From NCBI GenBank assembly GCA_019358935.1, contig JAHHIK010000025.1, positions 15,717-79,716 of the forward strand: a stretch of DNA of 64,000 nt. The letters are read 5' to 3'. The DNA comes from Tolypothrix carrinoi HA7290-LM1. GTDB taxonomy: Bacteria; Cyanobacteriota; Cyanobacteriia; Cyanobacteriales; Nostocaceae. A model generated the notes under the pieces. The model was not told the DNA's origin. It saw nothing but the letters and a program-made list of their open reading frames with translations, and ran no database searches. The position numbers were made by a program, and so were the translations under genes. Position 1 is the first letter of the stretch. Each line of letters starts with the position of its first letter. Positions 1-10,082 of the stretch are shown one piece after another.

Positions 1-83
1 TACAATCGTCGTAGAGACGTTTTGTCACAAGTCTCTACAATATTAAAAATGAGCGCAAAAATAATTGTAAGGCACATTATACA

Positions 84-111
84 GTAGCGGTAATTCATGA
101 ATTACCGCTAC
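84..111. repeat. REP-like perfect palindrome GTAG...TTCATGAA...CTAC
   Basis: gtagcggtaattca|tgaattaccgctac is a perfect 28-bp palindrome; relatives at 768-797 and ~39318-39346. Confidence 0.8.
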
Positions 112-216
112 TTACGACACGGCGTTACTATATTCTCATTCCTGAATATGTGTAATAAGCCTGTCATGATATTAGTTATTAGTCATGAGCCATTTGCGTT
201 GCCGACTAATGACTAA

Positions 217-477
217 TTACTTTTCTAAACGAACTGCATACCACTGCAAATATTGACCAACACCAATATCTAACTCGCAACTAGTGTCAAGTAAATATTG
301 AGCTTGAGCTTCCACAGAATTAAATGAGCGTAAGTCTTGTGGCAAATCTTGAAAGTTGAAGTTTTGCAGAACTTTTTTCAGCTTTTCTAATAACTCAGAT
401 GCAGTCATAAATTGTTCTGGTTGGTTTGTTTCTAGGACGACAAAATCATCCTGCTGATACATTAATGAGTCTGGCAT
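217..477 (-). CDS. Chlororespiratory reduction 7 (CRR7)-like NDH-1 assembly protein
   Basis: 86 aa; N-terminal MPDSLMY..FVVLE, CELDIG and C-terminal QWYAVRLEK typical of cyanobacterial CRR7. Confidence 0.8.
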   Translation of the reverse strand: MPDSLMYQQDDFVVLETNQPEQFMTASELLEKLKKVLQNFNFQDLPQDLRSFNSVEAQAQYLLDTSCELDIGVGQYLQWYAVRLEK

Positions 478-741
478 TGAAGAAAATTGGTAACTTTATA
501 TCCAATTATTATAAAATTGTGCCAAGTCTGCCGATGCTTAATAAGTTGAAATCTGAGATCGGGATTTGGGGAAGAAGCGCGATCGCGCTTGACTTTTACT
601 TGCTACAAAGCGCAAAGTAACGTCATAATGAAGGTTTCAAGGTTTACAGTTGATGTTTTCAATAACATCGCAATTCCTATGAAGCAGTTGGGAAACATAA
701 ATAGTAACTCCTGCCATGTACCTGGCAAGACAAAAAAGTTA

Positions 742-838
742 TAGGACTTAGGCAAAACTAAAGTTTTGTAGGGGACCCTTCATGAAGGGTCCCCTACGTA
801 ACTTCAATGGTGACGACGAAGGAAGTGCGTAAGTCCTA
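742..838. mobile_element. MITE-like element with TAGGACTTA(C/G)GCA terminal inverted repeats and a nested 30-bp palindrome
   Basis: taggacttaggca (742-754) ... tgcgtaagtccta (826-838); internal perfect palindrome 768-797. Confidence 0.7.
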
Positions 839-1384
839 AGTTAAAAAAATTGCCTTTGCGTTTCAGATAGATTTTTTATGCAACTCAGTCATCTACCATT
901 TGCTTGGCTCAAAACAATTAGACTTTTTTCAGAAGTCGGGGAAAGTGAGGGGTCTATTGTCCGAAAACAGTTGATTGTAAAGCCGGATGCAGCCGGACGG
1001 CAATTTATGACAATGAGTGTGCGATCGCCTAAATACCCTTTTCCCCGATCGCTGGGATAACGCACCCTAACCACCCCAAAGTTACCCAGTCTGGGAAACA
1101 GACGGGAAAAAACTTGGTTGTTCTAGGTGCTATTTTGTCACAATCAGAGCGAAAAACCCAGACACAAAAAAATATTTACCACTACCACAGGGCGTAAGTT
1201 TTTGGCTTTTCCGGTAAATTGCAGACAGTCAATGCCTGTAAAATCAACATAACGCAAGAAAGCGCCAAAATTTCCCCATTTTATTCAATTAATATTACAG
1301 GCTCTGGTGGTTAAAATAGCAAAATCTTGAAATATAAATTAATAGCTTGCCTCCAGATGCCGTATTCTTTGTGGAACGCAACTC

Positions 1385-2422
1385 ATGTCAGGCACAAAAC
1401 CAACTTCTATTTCCAACAAACCTCCTCTAATTCTGCTGGCTGATGATGACAAACCCATCAGAGTGCTGTTGCGTGAATTTCTGGAAAAAGAAGGTTATCG
1501 AGTTCTGGAGGTAACAAATGGTAAGGAGTGTTTAGAAGCTTTCTTAAGTGTTAAACCGGATCTAGTTATTTTAGATGCGATTATGCCCGTAATGGATGGC
1601 TTTGCCTGCTGCAAGCAGCTGATCCAAATTGCTAGAAATAACTTGGTATTAGCTCTAGCCAATTTTGATACTGGTGGATCTTCTCTAGGTACTACTGTAA
1701 TCTCAAAGCTATGGGAGCGCACTCCCATATTGATGATTACAGGCTTGGAAGATCCAGAGTTAGTAGACCGTGCTTTTGAAGCCGGAGCGAGCGATTTTGT
1801 CACCAAACCAATTCACCTAGGGATATTGCGTCAACGAGTACGACGGTTGCTGCAACAAGCGCAACTATACAAACAACTAGAAGCTGCTAACAAGGCTCTA
1901 CAGCATCTTGCTAACGTAGATGGTTTAACTGGTGTGGCTAATCGTCGGCGTTTTAATGATTATCTAAATTCTCAGTGGTTGACTCTAGCATCAGAGCGAT
2001 CGCCTTTATCACTTATTCTCTGTGATATCGACTTTTTTAAACTTTATAACGATAAATATGGTCATCCGGCTGGAGATACGTGCTTGCAAAAGGTTGGTAC
2101 TGTCTTAAGCGAAACAGTACAAAACTCTCAGGATTTAGTTGCGCGTTACGGTGGCGAAGAATTTGCAGTAATTATGCCGAATACTCAGATGGGTGGAGCA
2201 GTTCATTTTGCCGCAGCAATGCAAGCTGGAGTCAGGGAGTTAGAAATTCTTCACGAACCATCAACTATTAGTCGCTACGTCACTCTTAGTTTGGGGGTAG
2301 CAACCACGATTCCTACTTTTGAATCTGAACCCTCATCTTTAATTCAAGAAGCAGATAAGGCTCTTTACAAAGCAAAAGCAGAAGGACGCAATCGCATTAT
2401 TCTTAAGCAAATGCTTGATTAA
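1385..2422 (+). CDS. PleD-type response regulator / diguanylate cyclase (REC + GGDEF)
   Basis: N-terminal receiver (LADDD, DAIMP, KP); DGLTGVANRR, DIDFFK, RYGGEEF, ADKALY. Confidence 0.93.
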   Translation: MSGTKPTSISNKPPLILLADDDKPIRVLLREFLEKEGYRVLEVTNGKECLEAFLSVKPDLVILDAIMPVMDGFACCKQLIQIARNNLVLALANFDTGGSSLGTTVISKLWERTPILMITGLEDPELVDRAFEAGASDFVTKPIHLGILRQRVRRLLQQAQLYKQLEAANKALQHLANVDGLTGVANRRRFNDYLNSQWLTLASERSPLSLILCDIDFFKLYNDKYGHPAGDTCLQKVGTVLSETVQNSQDLVARYGGEEFAVIMPNTQMGGAVHFAAAMQAGVRELEILHEPSTISRYVTLSLGVATTIPTFESEPSSLIQEADKALYKAKAEGRNRIILKQMLD

Positions 2423-2427
2423 AAATG

Positions 2428-2586
2428 TTGGGCAATGGGCAATGGGCAATTGTTTAATGGGCAATGGGCAATTGTTTAATGGGCAATGGGCAATTGTTTA
2501 ATGGGAATAAAAAGAAGTTTCCAAATTTCACTTGGACGATGCCCCATGCCCGATGCCCCATGCCCGATGCCCCATGCCCCATTCCC
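2428..2586. repeat. STRR heptamer tracts (GGGCAAT then TGCCCCA) between convergent genes
   Basis: tandem gggcaat and complementary tgcccc(a/g)a arrays. Confidence 0.85.
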
Positions 2587-3803
2587 TAAGAAGGATAAAC
2601 TGGCAAAGTGAAATGGAACCATGCTCCGCCGGTAGGGGCAGAATCTACCCAAATCTGACCGTAGTGTGCGCGGATGATGCGTTGGCACAAACATAGTCCA
2701 ATGCCATAACCTTCTGTGGCTTCATCGCGTTTTAGGCGGAAGTGATTTTCAAAGATGCGATCGCGGTTTTCTTCAGGAATACCAGGACCTGTGTCGCCAA
2801 TACTAAACTGTACTTTTTGAGTGGTGCGGTGCAGTCCACAAACGCTAATCTTACCGTTATCTGGGGTGTATTTAATGGCATTATCTAAAAGATTTACCAA
2901 CACTTGGCGGATGCGTTCTGGATCGGCATACACATAAGGCAAGTCTTTGGGGATATCTATTTCTACCTGTTGCGATTTGGCAATGTAGCGATCGCCTAAT
3001 TCCTCTAGTACATCTAAACAAAGTTTGCCAATGTTTGTCTTTTGTGGTATAATTGGCAATTCTGTTTCAGTTCCTCGACCAACTTGCAAAAGGTCAGCTA
3101 TCATCCGGTCAATTGTGCGAGTTTGACTGCGGGCTTGCTTTAATAAATGTACAGCCATAGCTGGTTTGAGGCGCTGGAATTGATTGATATCGGGATTGTA
3201 ATCAGATTGCAAAGTTTCTAAAGCGATCGCACAAGCAGTTAGCGGATTGCGGAGGTCATGAGCTAACATAGCGATTACTCGGTCTTTAAACTGTATTTGC
3301 TCTTGGAGTTTTTCTTTTTCCTGTTTTAAGCGAAAAATTTCATCCGAGAGTTGAATTAGTTCAGCCGAAGCAACAACTGAAGAAATAGAAGTTATGCTTG
3401 ATGCCACATGAGCGTTGTCATCAATGGTTTCTTGCAGCTCATTCTCTAATTTTAAATAAGCTTCGGTGATTACCGCTTGCCAGCGGGGCCACCAGGTTTT
3501 CAGTTGGGCGATGATATTACTGCCAGCGAGTATCTGCCTGGGGTCAGGACGGATTTTAATTAACGCTGGCGTTGCTACCAATTTAAAGTGTTCCGCCAAA
3601 TAGGGTTGTTGCCCAACATCGACAATTTGAAGTTCAAATTTATACTCAGCCTGTAATTCTTTGAGAAAGGCGCGTATTCGCAGTACTTGCTGTCGGGACT
3701 TTGGACGTCCATCGACAAATAGTAAGAGCTGGAGTGGAGCCTCAGAGTAAATAGGCTGATCCTGGGAAACTTGCATGTAATCGTGTTTCAGCACTGGTAA
3801 CAA
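2586..3803 (-). CDS. sasA: Adaptive-response sensory kinase SasA (KaiB-like domain + HisKA + HATPase)
   Basis: KaiB-like N-terminus ([23 protein letters not shown]), H-box [30 protein letters not shown]. Confidence 0.92.
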   Translation of the reverse strand: MLPVLKHDYMQVSQDQPIYSEAPLQLLLFVDGRPKSRQQVLRIRAFLKELQAEYKFELQIVDVGQQPYLAEHFKLVATPALIKIRPDPRQILAGSNIIAQLKTWWPRWQAVITEAYLKLENELQETIDDNAHVASSITSISSVVASAELIQLSDEIFRLKQEKEKLQEQIQFKDRVIAMLAHDLRNPLTACAIALETLQSDYNPDINQFQRLKPAMAVHLLKQARSQTRTIDRMIADLLQVGRGTETELPIIPQKTNIGKLCLDVLEELGDRYIAKSQQVEIDIPKDLPYVYADPERIRQVLVNLLDNAIKYTPDNGKISVCGLHRTTQKVQFSIGDTGPGIPEENRDRIFENHFRLKRDEATEGYGIGLCLCQRIIRAHYGQIWVDSAPTGGAWFHFTLPVYPS

Positions 3804-3920
3804 CCCGGCGACGCTTGAGAGAAATTAAAATAAACGGACAATTGTCGATGGTGGTTCGTTTTTCTCAATTTAATATCTATTTTAGATTTTTCATACTCCC
3901 ATTCGATCTGCGTTTTTAAG

Positions 3921-5426
3921 ATGAGACACATATTTTTCAGCTTTTTGCTTCTTTTTTGGCTAATTTCTGTTCCTAGAAACACGTTAGCTGCTGAATATAA
4001 GCCAGAATCTGCCCAAAGTCCAAATTCTGCATTACAGCCAGCGAGCGATCGCTTTTATAAATCTGCCAGTTTGTTAGTGCAGCAGCAGATCAACTTGATT
4101 GCTCGCATTGAGCAAGCATTATCTCAACCTGATGCCAATCGGATGCGAGCTGTTCGGGGGCAATTAACAATTCAAGTTAAGGCAACAGAAGGTTTTCTCA
4201 AATATCAGTACAATAGCCCGAAAGCTTTATGTACTCCAACGGATTCTTCTACGAGATTGCCGAAAACTTCGCAGTTAACGGTGGAACAAATACAAATATA
4301 TTGTTCTTTGTACGCTTCCAGCTCAAAATTGTCAAACCTTGCTCCATTATTAGATAGGTTATTATCTCGACGGGGAGAGTTGGCGTTAGTACGAGAGTTA
4401 CCACTAGTATCTTCTGAACGACAATCAGATCCAGTGCTTTCGATCGCACTCACGCAGTATCCCGACTTGGGAAAACCAGCGATACCTTTTTCCACATGGG
4501 AGCCGATACCACCAAATCCACCACAAATAATTGGTAGAACTGCGAAAACAGCCATAGCTGATTATGTACCGCCACGGCAACCAGCGATCGCACCTCCAGC
4601 AGAAGCGTTGACTACTTTAGAAACTGCTCTTCAGCTCTTAGCAACAGCACAAGCAGCATTTCCCCCAGACATAAAATTTAACAATCCGAGGGAAACTTTT
4701 ACTAAACTCGATCGTTTTGCCTACGATCTCGACCCTCAAGAGCCGCAGATTTACGCAAAGTTTCTCACTTCACCTAATACTGGTATTTTTCGCGTCTTGC
4801 CGCATACAGCTTACAATCGTCCCCTGAATACACTCCAGAATCGATTGCAACCTAGCGTCAGCGATCGCTATCCATTTCCGTCCTTGGGTGAGGCTAAAGG
4901 CGGATTTACCCCCAGTCTAGCACTTGTGATGGTTGGCGATAACTTTCAGTTAAAGCAACAAGGACTAGATTACAACTTTATGGTGAATGTCGGCGATATC
5001 CCCTTAGAAAAATTGGATGCAAAGTTGCAAGTTATTTCACCGCAAACGCGGAAATTTTTTCTTAACTATCAACCTCCCAAGCAATTAAAGACATTGGAAG
5101 TAGAGCAACGACGGTTTGTAACTGGGAAAAACCAACAATTTAATCATCAAGTAATTTTAGCGGGTGCGAAATCAGAATTGAACCGTACTTATTTAGTGCG
5201 ATCGCTACAGTTCCAATTACCAGAGATGATTGTAAGTGGTCAGCCTCTAACCCCAGCGCAGCGACGCCACCTAGACCAATTACAACAAATGCACAGCAGT
5301 GACATCATCTTCGCCTTCCGTCCAGTTCGTCGGCGTTCTGATGGCAGCTACACAGTTCTGTGGCGAGTTCTTAATCAATTACCCGCACCGCAAATTGAAG
5401 ATTTAGAGAACTACCTGAAATTTTAA
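3921..5426 (+). CDS. Exported hypothetical protein
   Basis: 501-aa ORF with N-terminal signal-like hydrophobic stretch; no family recognised. Confidence 0.75.
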   Translation: MRHIFFSFLLLFWLISVPRNTLAAEYKPESAQSPNSALQPASDRFYKSASLLVQQQINLIARIEQALSQPDANRMRAVRGQLTIQVKATEGFLKYQYNSPKALCTPTDSSTRLPKTSQLTVEQIQIYCSLYASSSKLSNLAPLLDRLLSRRGELALVRELPLVSSERQSDPVLSIALTQYPDLGKPAIPFSTWEPIPPNPPQIIGRTAKTAIADYVPPRQPAIAPPAEALTTLETALQLLATAQAAFPPDIKFNNPRETFTKLDRFAYDLDPQEPQIYAKFLTSPNTGIFRVLPHTAYNRPLNTLQNRLQPSVSDRYPFPSLGEAKGGFTPSLALVMVGDNFQLKQQGLDYNFMVNVGDIPLEKLDAKLQVISPQTRKFFLNYQPPKQLKTLEVEQRRFVTGKNQQFNHQVILAGAKSELNRTYLVRSLQFQLPEMIVSGQPLTPAQRRHLDQLQQMHSSDIIFAFRPVRRRSDGSYTVLWRVLNQLPAPQIEDLENYLKF

Positions 5427-5427
5427 C

Positions 5428-5735
5428 CTACAGGCGCGATCTGCCTGTGGCTATACGAACAAAGCCTACCTACGTAGGCTTTTTAATTTCAAGTCCGCGT
5501 AGTAGGCGGACGAGCGTTTGTTTAGCCGCGACTTCATGTGCGTACAAACCCTACCTACGTAGCCTTTTTGATTTTAAGTCCCCGTAGGCGGACGAGCGTT
5601 TGTTTAGCCGCGACTGAAGTCGTCGGGTCATAAGTTAAACATTTTGATGTTTTTTTCGCGAAAATGTTACTTTAGCAGCATTTCCGGTAACTGTATAACT
5701 AGAAACCCGGTTTCTCCCAGAAACCGGGTTTCTAG
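5428..5735. repeat. Cluster of REP-like palindromes and a duplicated unit
   Basis: gtaggcggacgagcgtttgtttagccgcgact twice; agcctacctacgtaggct; tagaaacccggtttct-ccc-agaaaccgggtttcta hairpin near 5700-5734. Confidence 0.65.
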
Positions 5736-5847
5736 GCATCGTGAGGGATATAGACACCAAGTTGATTTTGAGCAAAGTGAAACACTTGTTTCATAGTTCT
5801 GCTCATTCCCCAGTTACCATAAATACAAAATTTCCAATACCTGATGT

Positions 5848-6966
5848 ATGAAAATATTAATTCAACACCGTCATTATGAAAACGAAATCAGTGGTGTTTT
5901 AACTTATATTAATTCGATTATTCCCGAACTTGAAGCCAGAGCAATCGAAGTCAAAACTATATCTACAAAACAAGACAATATCGCCAAATGGTTTAGTTAT
6001 ATTGCTTGGGCAGATATAGTCCATATGAATTCAAATGACTTATCTTTTACCTTGCTCTGTAAAGCTTTGCAGAAAAAGATAATTATTAAATATCATTATT
6101 GTCTTTATCAATCTACTCATACTATTTACCAGCCGATGAAGTTGACACAACGGCTGAAAACCGAATTTAAACAGACATTACCCAAAGCTAACTATCCATT
6201 GAAGTGGAAATTACACACTTTTGTCAAATGGGCACGCCTATTAACTCGCCTTTCTACGGCATTATTAGCCGATTATCATACAGCTTGCAGCAATTTTTTG
6301 GGAGAATCTTCTGCCTTTCCTTGGTCAGTCGATACTATATATAATCCGATTGAAATCAAGTCAAAAAACCAACTGAAAACTAAAGAAAATTTATCTCATC
6401 CATATAAGTTTATTTTTGTCGGTAGATTAGCTAAAGATAAAGGCGTAGATATTTTATTAAAAGCAGCGCGGATTTTACAAGATGAAAATAAAGAATTTCA
6501 AATTACCATAATTGGCGATGGCGGACAATTTCAGGAATTAAAACAGCTAACGTCTGATTTAGAAATTGCCAACAAAGTTAATTTTTTAGGTAAACTTCCT
6601 CAAAAAGAAGTACTTCTACAAGTTCAAGATGCTTTAGCTTTAATTGCTCCTTCTCGTTGGCAAGATCCAGCACCTTATGTAGTGCAAGAAGCCTCTAGCG
6701 TTCAAACCTGTTCCATTGTCTCAAAAATGGGAGGATTGCCAGAAGTGGCAGGACCGCACGGAATATTTTTTGAAAATGAAGATGCAGAAGAATTAGCCAA
6801 ATGTATGCGATACTGCTTAGATAATCCGGATGAAGCAATTAACCGGGGTTTCCAGTCTAGCCAATACGTCGCGGAAAAGTTTTCGGCTGCGTGTGCAGTT
6901 ACTCGACTGCTGGAAATTTGCCGTGAACTTACTCCCAAAGCATTGGTAACAACATCTGATCCATAA
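5848..6966 (+). CDS. Glycosyltransferase family 4 (GT-B)
   Basis: FVGRLAKDKGVD, IIGDG, PSRWQDPAPYVVQEA, GGLPEV. Confidence 0.9.
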   Translation: MKILIQHRHYENEISGVLTYINSIIPELEARAIEVKTISTKQDNIAKWFSYIAWADIVHMNSNDLSFTLLCKALQKKIIIKYHYCLYQSTHTIYQPMKLTQRLKTEFKQTLPKANYPLKWKLHTFVKWARLLTRLSTALLADYHTACSNFLGESSAFPWSVDTIYNPIEIKSKNQLKTKENLSHPYKFIFVGRLAKDKGVDILLKAARILQDENKEFQITIIGDGGQFQELKQLTSDLEIANKVNFLGKLPQKEVLLQVQDALALIAPSRWQDPAPYVVQEASSVQTCSIVSKMGGLPEVAGPHGIFFENEDAEELAKCMRYCLDNPDEAINRGFQSSQYVAEKFSAACAVTRLLEICRELTPKALVTTSDP

Positions 6967-7098
6967 TTGAAGAATTCAGGAGACAGTAATTTTGTAGGGT
7001 GCGTTAGCCGCGAGAGTACGGCACCCTACGAGGCTTTGTTGATAAATTCTCGGCAGTCTGCGCTAGGGTAGGAATTGACACTTGTTTTGTGATTTCCT

Positions 7099-8463
7099 GT
7101 GGTGCTTTGTAAACGTCCAGCTGTATTTCTGAGTTTGGCTGTTTTACTCTCGTCGTTAACAGCTTGTGCTAACAGTCCTGTTGCCAAAAATCTTGAGGAC
7201 TCTTTGGCAGCAGATCCCAGACTGGAAAACAACTCTGTTATTTTTGACAAAGCCAAGCAAACCGAAGCGCAACAACTTCCCCAATCTACAGTTCAGTTAC
7301 CTGCTGATTTTCCCTCGGATATTCCGCTTTATGCAAATGCCCAATTACAAGAAGTTACACCCTCAAGCAATGGTGTATCAACTCGTTGGCTGAGTTCTGA
7401 CCCCAGTAATATAATTGAAGACTTTTATCGCAATCAGTTTCAAGCGAATAACTGGCAGATTTTACAACAACCCACAGACCAACAATCTAATGTTATTGCA
7501 GCGCGACGCAATGATTTACAGCTTAAAGTTTCCATACAGCCAAAATCTGTCACCAACCCAGCACCGAATCAACCGCAGACAGCAACTGAATTGTTAATTG
7601 AGTATGGAGGTAATGTTACTGCAACAACACAACCTACGCCAACAACAAACAACAGCGAAATTAATAATAACATTCCGCAAGCTGGCGATCCGCAGTTTAT
7701 TGGACCTGTGCCACCTGTAAATGTAGCATCATCAGCAAATACGCCAGATAATAATAAAACAACATCGGAATTTAGCGATTTAAATAAAGTATCGCCAGAA
7801 TTGCGCCAACACATCGAAGATTTGGCTGCATTGGGCGTTTTGTCTGTAGAATCAAATGCAGCTAAAAGCAATACGGCGACAAATCAGTTTGAACCGAATA
7901 AAATTATTACTCGTCGGGAATATGCTCGTTGGTTAGTGGCAGCGAACAATGCGATGTATGCTAATAATCCGGCAAAACAGATTCGCTTGGCATCGGAAAG
8001 CGGACAATCAGCTTTTAGTGATGTGGCGAAAAATAATCCTGATTTTGGACAAATTCAAGGTTTAGCGGAAGCTGGTTTGATTCCGAGTCCTTTGTCTGGA
8101 GATTCTACAGAAGTTTTATTCCGTCCTGATGCACCTTTGACGCGGGAACAGTTGATTTTGTGGAAATTACCCCTAGATACCCGTCAAGCTTTACCTGGGG
8201 CAAATTTAGACGCGGTGAAGCAAACTTGGGGTTTTCAAGATGTGGGGAAAATTGACCCGAAAGCTTTACGCGCTGTGTTGGCAGATTTCCAAAGTGGCGA
8301 ACAATCGAATATTCGGCGGGTGTTTGGTTATACAACGCTATTTCAGCCTAAAAAGCCAGTAACGCGGGCTGAAGCGGCGGCGGCTTTGTGGTATTTTGGT
8401 ACTCAGGGCGATGGGGTATCGGCTGCTGATGCGTTGAAGTTAAAGCGATCGCCTCAACAATAA
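7099..8463 (+). CDS. S-layer homology (SLH) domain lipoprotein
   Basis: lipobox-like LTAC; SLH motifs FEPNKIITRREYA, FRPDAPLTRE, FQPKKPVTRAEAAA. Confidence 0.88.
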   Translation: MVLCKRPAVFLSLAVLLSSLTACANSPVAKNLEDSLAADPRLENNSVIFDKAKQTEAQQLPQSTVQLPADFPSDIPLYANAQLQEVTPSSNGVSTRWLSSDPSNIIEDFYRNQFQANNWQILQQPTDQQSNVIAARRNDLQLKVSIQPKSVTNPAPNQPQTATELLIEYGGNVTATTQPTPTTNNSEINNNIPQAGDPQFIGPVPPVNVASSANTPDNNKTTSEFSDLNKVSPELRQHIEDLAALGVLSVESNAAKSNTATNQFEPNKIITRREYARWLVAANNAMYANNPAKQIRLASESGQSAFSDVAKNNPDFGQIQGLAEAGLIPSPLSGDSTEVLFRPDAPLTREQLILWKLPLDTRQALPGANLDAVKQTWGFQDVGKIDPKALRAVLADFQSGEQSNIRRVFGYTTLFQPKKPVTRAEAAAALWYFGTQGDGVSAADALKLKRSPQQ

Positions 8464-8513
8464 CAAAATTTGGCGGTGCGCGTCTAAGTTAATAATTTCA
8501 TCGAATCAGCGCC

Positions 8514-9890
8514 TTGCGATCGGACAATATTAAGAGACTTCATCTCAAAAATTGCCCCCATACATTTGTGATGCAACTTTGGACACCAAATCAACCACTG
8601 CAAAACAAAAGATTCATAATTAAACAAGTCCTCGCAAGTGGAGGTTTTGGTGTCACCTATAGCGCACAAGAAAAGCAAACTGGCAAAATATTTGTCATCA
8701 AAACCCTCAACCAGCAGCAACAAACTCAAGTTGATTTTCAACAACGACAGGTAAAGTTTGTCAATGAAGCGTTGCGGTTAGCACAATGTACTCATCCCCA
8801 TATTGTCAAAGTTCATGAAGTCATCCAGGAAGATGAACTTTGGGGTATAGTGATGGAATATATTGATGGGCTTTCTTTAGAGGTTTATGTTGATGAGCGC
8901 GGGCAGTTGCCAGAAAATGAGGCATTACGCTACATTGACCAGGTAGGAAAAGCCCTAGAATATGTCCACCAACAAGGATTTTTACATCGAGATATCAAGC
9001 CGAATAATATTTTACTACGCCGTGATACACAAGAAGCTGTATTAATTGATTTCGGTTTGGCACGAGAATTTACTATTGGTCAAATAAAAAGCATGACCAA
9101 TGCCAGAACCGAAGGTTATGCACCGATTGAACAGTATGAAAGACGAGGTAATGGTACTTATACAGATGTTTATGCTTTAGCCGCAACACTGTATACTTTA
9201 CTTACTGGTGTTGTGCCAATACCTGCTTTTTTCCGGAAGTATGCACAATTACCACAGCCATTGCAGCATAATGACAAAATTAGCAACTTCGTAAATGATG
9301 CGATTGTCAAGGGGATGGCATTAGAACCTCAAGAGCGTACTCAGACAATACGCGAGTTTAGAGAATTGCTTGGCATTGCCACTATTGAATTATCAGATAA
9401 AATTCAACCAACTCAATTAGATATATTACCTTCAAACGTTGATTTCGCTCAACTAGAGGACTTGTTAAAAGCTAATCAGTGGAAACAAGCAGATCGTCAA
9501 ACCTATTTAGTGATGCTGCAAGCAGTTGATCGTCACAAGCAAGGTTGGATGAAAGCGCAGGAATTATCTAACTTTCCCTGTGCTGTTCTTCGCAAGATTG
9601 ACCAACTCTGGAAGGTGTACAGCGATGGTAAATTTGGTTTAAGTATTCAACAGCAAATCTGGCGTAAAATTAGCAATTCCTCTGTAAATTTCGATATTGC
9701 TACCTTCTGTGAGTTTGGCAACTGCGTGGGCTGGCGTAAAAATGACGAATGGTTAAAATATGATAACTTTACCTTTAGCTTAGAGTCTCAAAAAGGACAC
9801 CTTCCATCATTTGGATATGGTGTCCAGCGTTGGGATGAATGGCAAAGCAGTTGTTGGCATTTGTTGCCTCGCATTAATAATTGTCTGTAG
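8514..9890 (+). CDS. Ser/Thr protein kinase with C-terminal GUN4-like domain (true start may be the ATG at 8571)
   Basis: GGFGVTY, HRDIKPNN, DFG, GYAPIEQ; C-terminal LKANQWKQAD..T, IDQLW..YSDGKFGLSIQQQIW, GHLP. Confidence 0.9.
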   Translation: MRSDNIKRLHLKNCPHTFVMQLWTPNQPLQNKRFIIKQVLASGGFGVTYSAQEKQTGKIFVIKTLNQQQQTQVDFQQRQVKFVNEALRLAQCTHPHIVKVHEVIQEDELWGIVMEYIDGLSLEVYVDERGQLPENEALRYIDQVGKALEYVHQQGFLHRDIKPNNILLRRDTQEAVLIDFGLAREFTIGQIKSMTNARTEGYAPIEQYERRGNGTYTDVYALAATLYTLLTGVVPIPAFFRKYAQLPQPLQHNDKISNFVNDAIVKGMALEPQERTQTIREFRELLGIATIELSDKIQPTQLDILPSNVDFAQLEDLLKANQWKQADRQTYLVMLQAVDRHKQGWMKAQELSNFPCAVLRKIDQLWKVYSDGKFGLSIQQQIWRKISNSSVNFDIATFCEFGNCVGWRKNDEWLKYDNFTFSLESQKGHLPSFGYGVQRWDEWQSSCWHLLPRINNCL

Positions 9891-10082
9891 CAAGAAGTTT
9901 CAAATTCTAATTTTATTTTATAAATAAAAAATTAATCGACTTACAAACATAAATTGGCGTTTTTGTCAATTAGGTGTGCGTATTAAATTTAAATGTGTTT
10001 GCCCTGTTTAAAATTCTGGAATTGTAGATTTAGAAGATGTAGTTGGTATTAATTTTTTGTTACCCGTAAGGATAGCGTCATT

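Noticed and set aside
878..1074. Two overlapping ~60-aa ORFs upstream of the diguanylate cyclase
   Set aside because: No recognisable motif or RBS; cannot be supported without conservation data.
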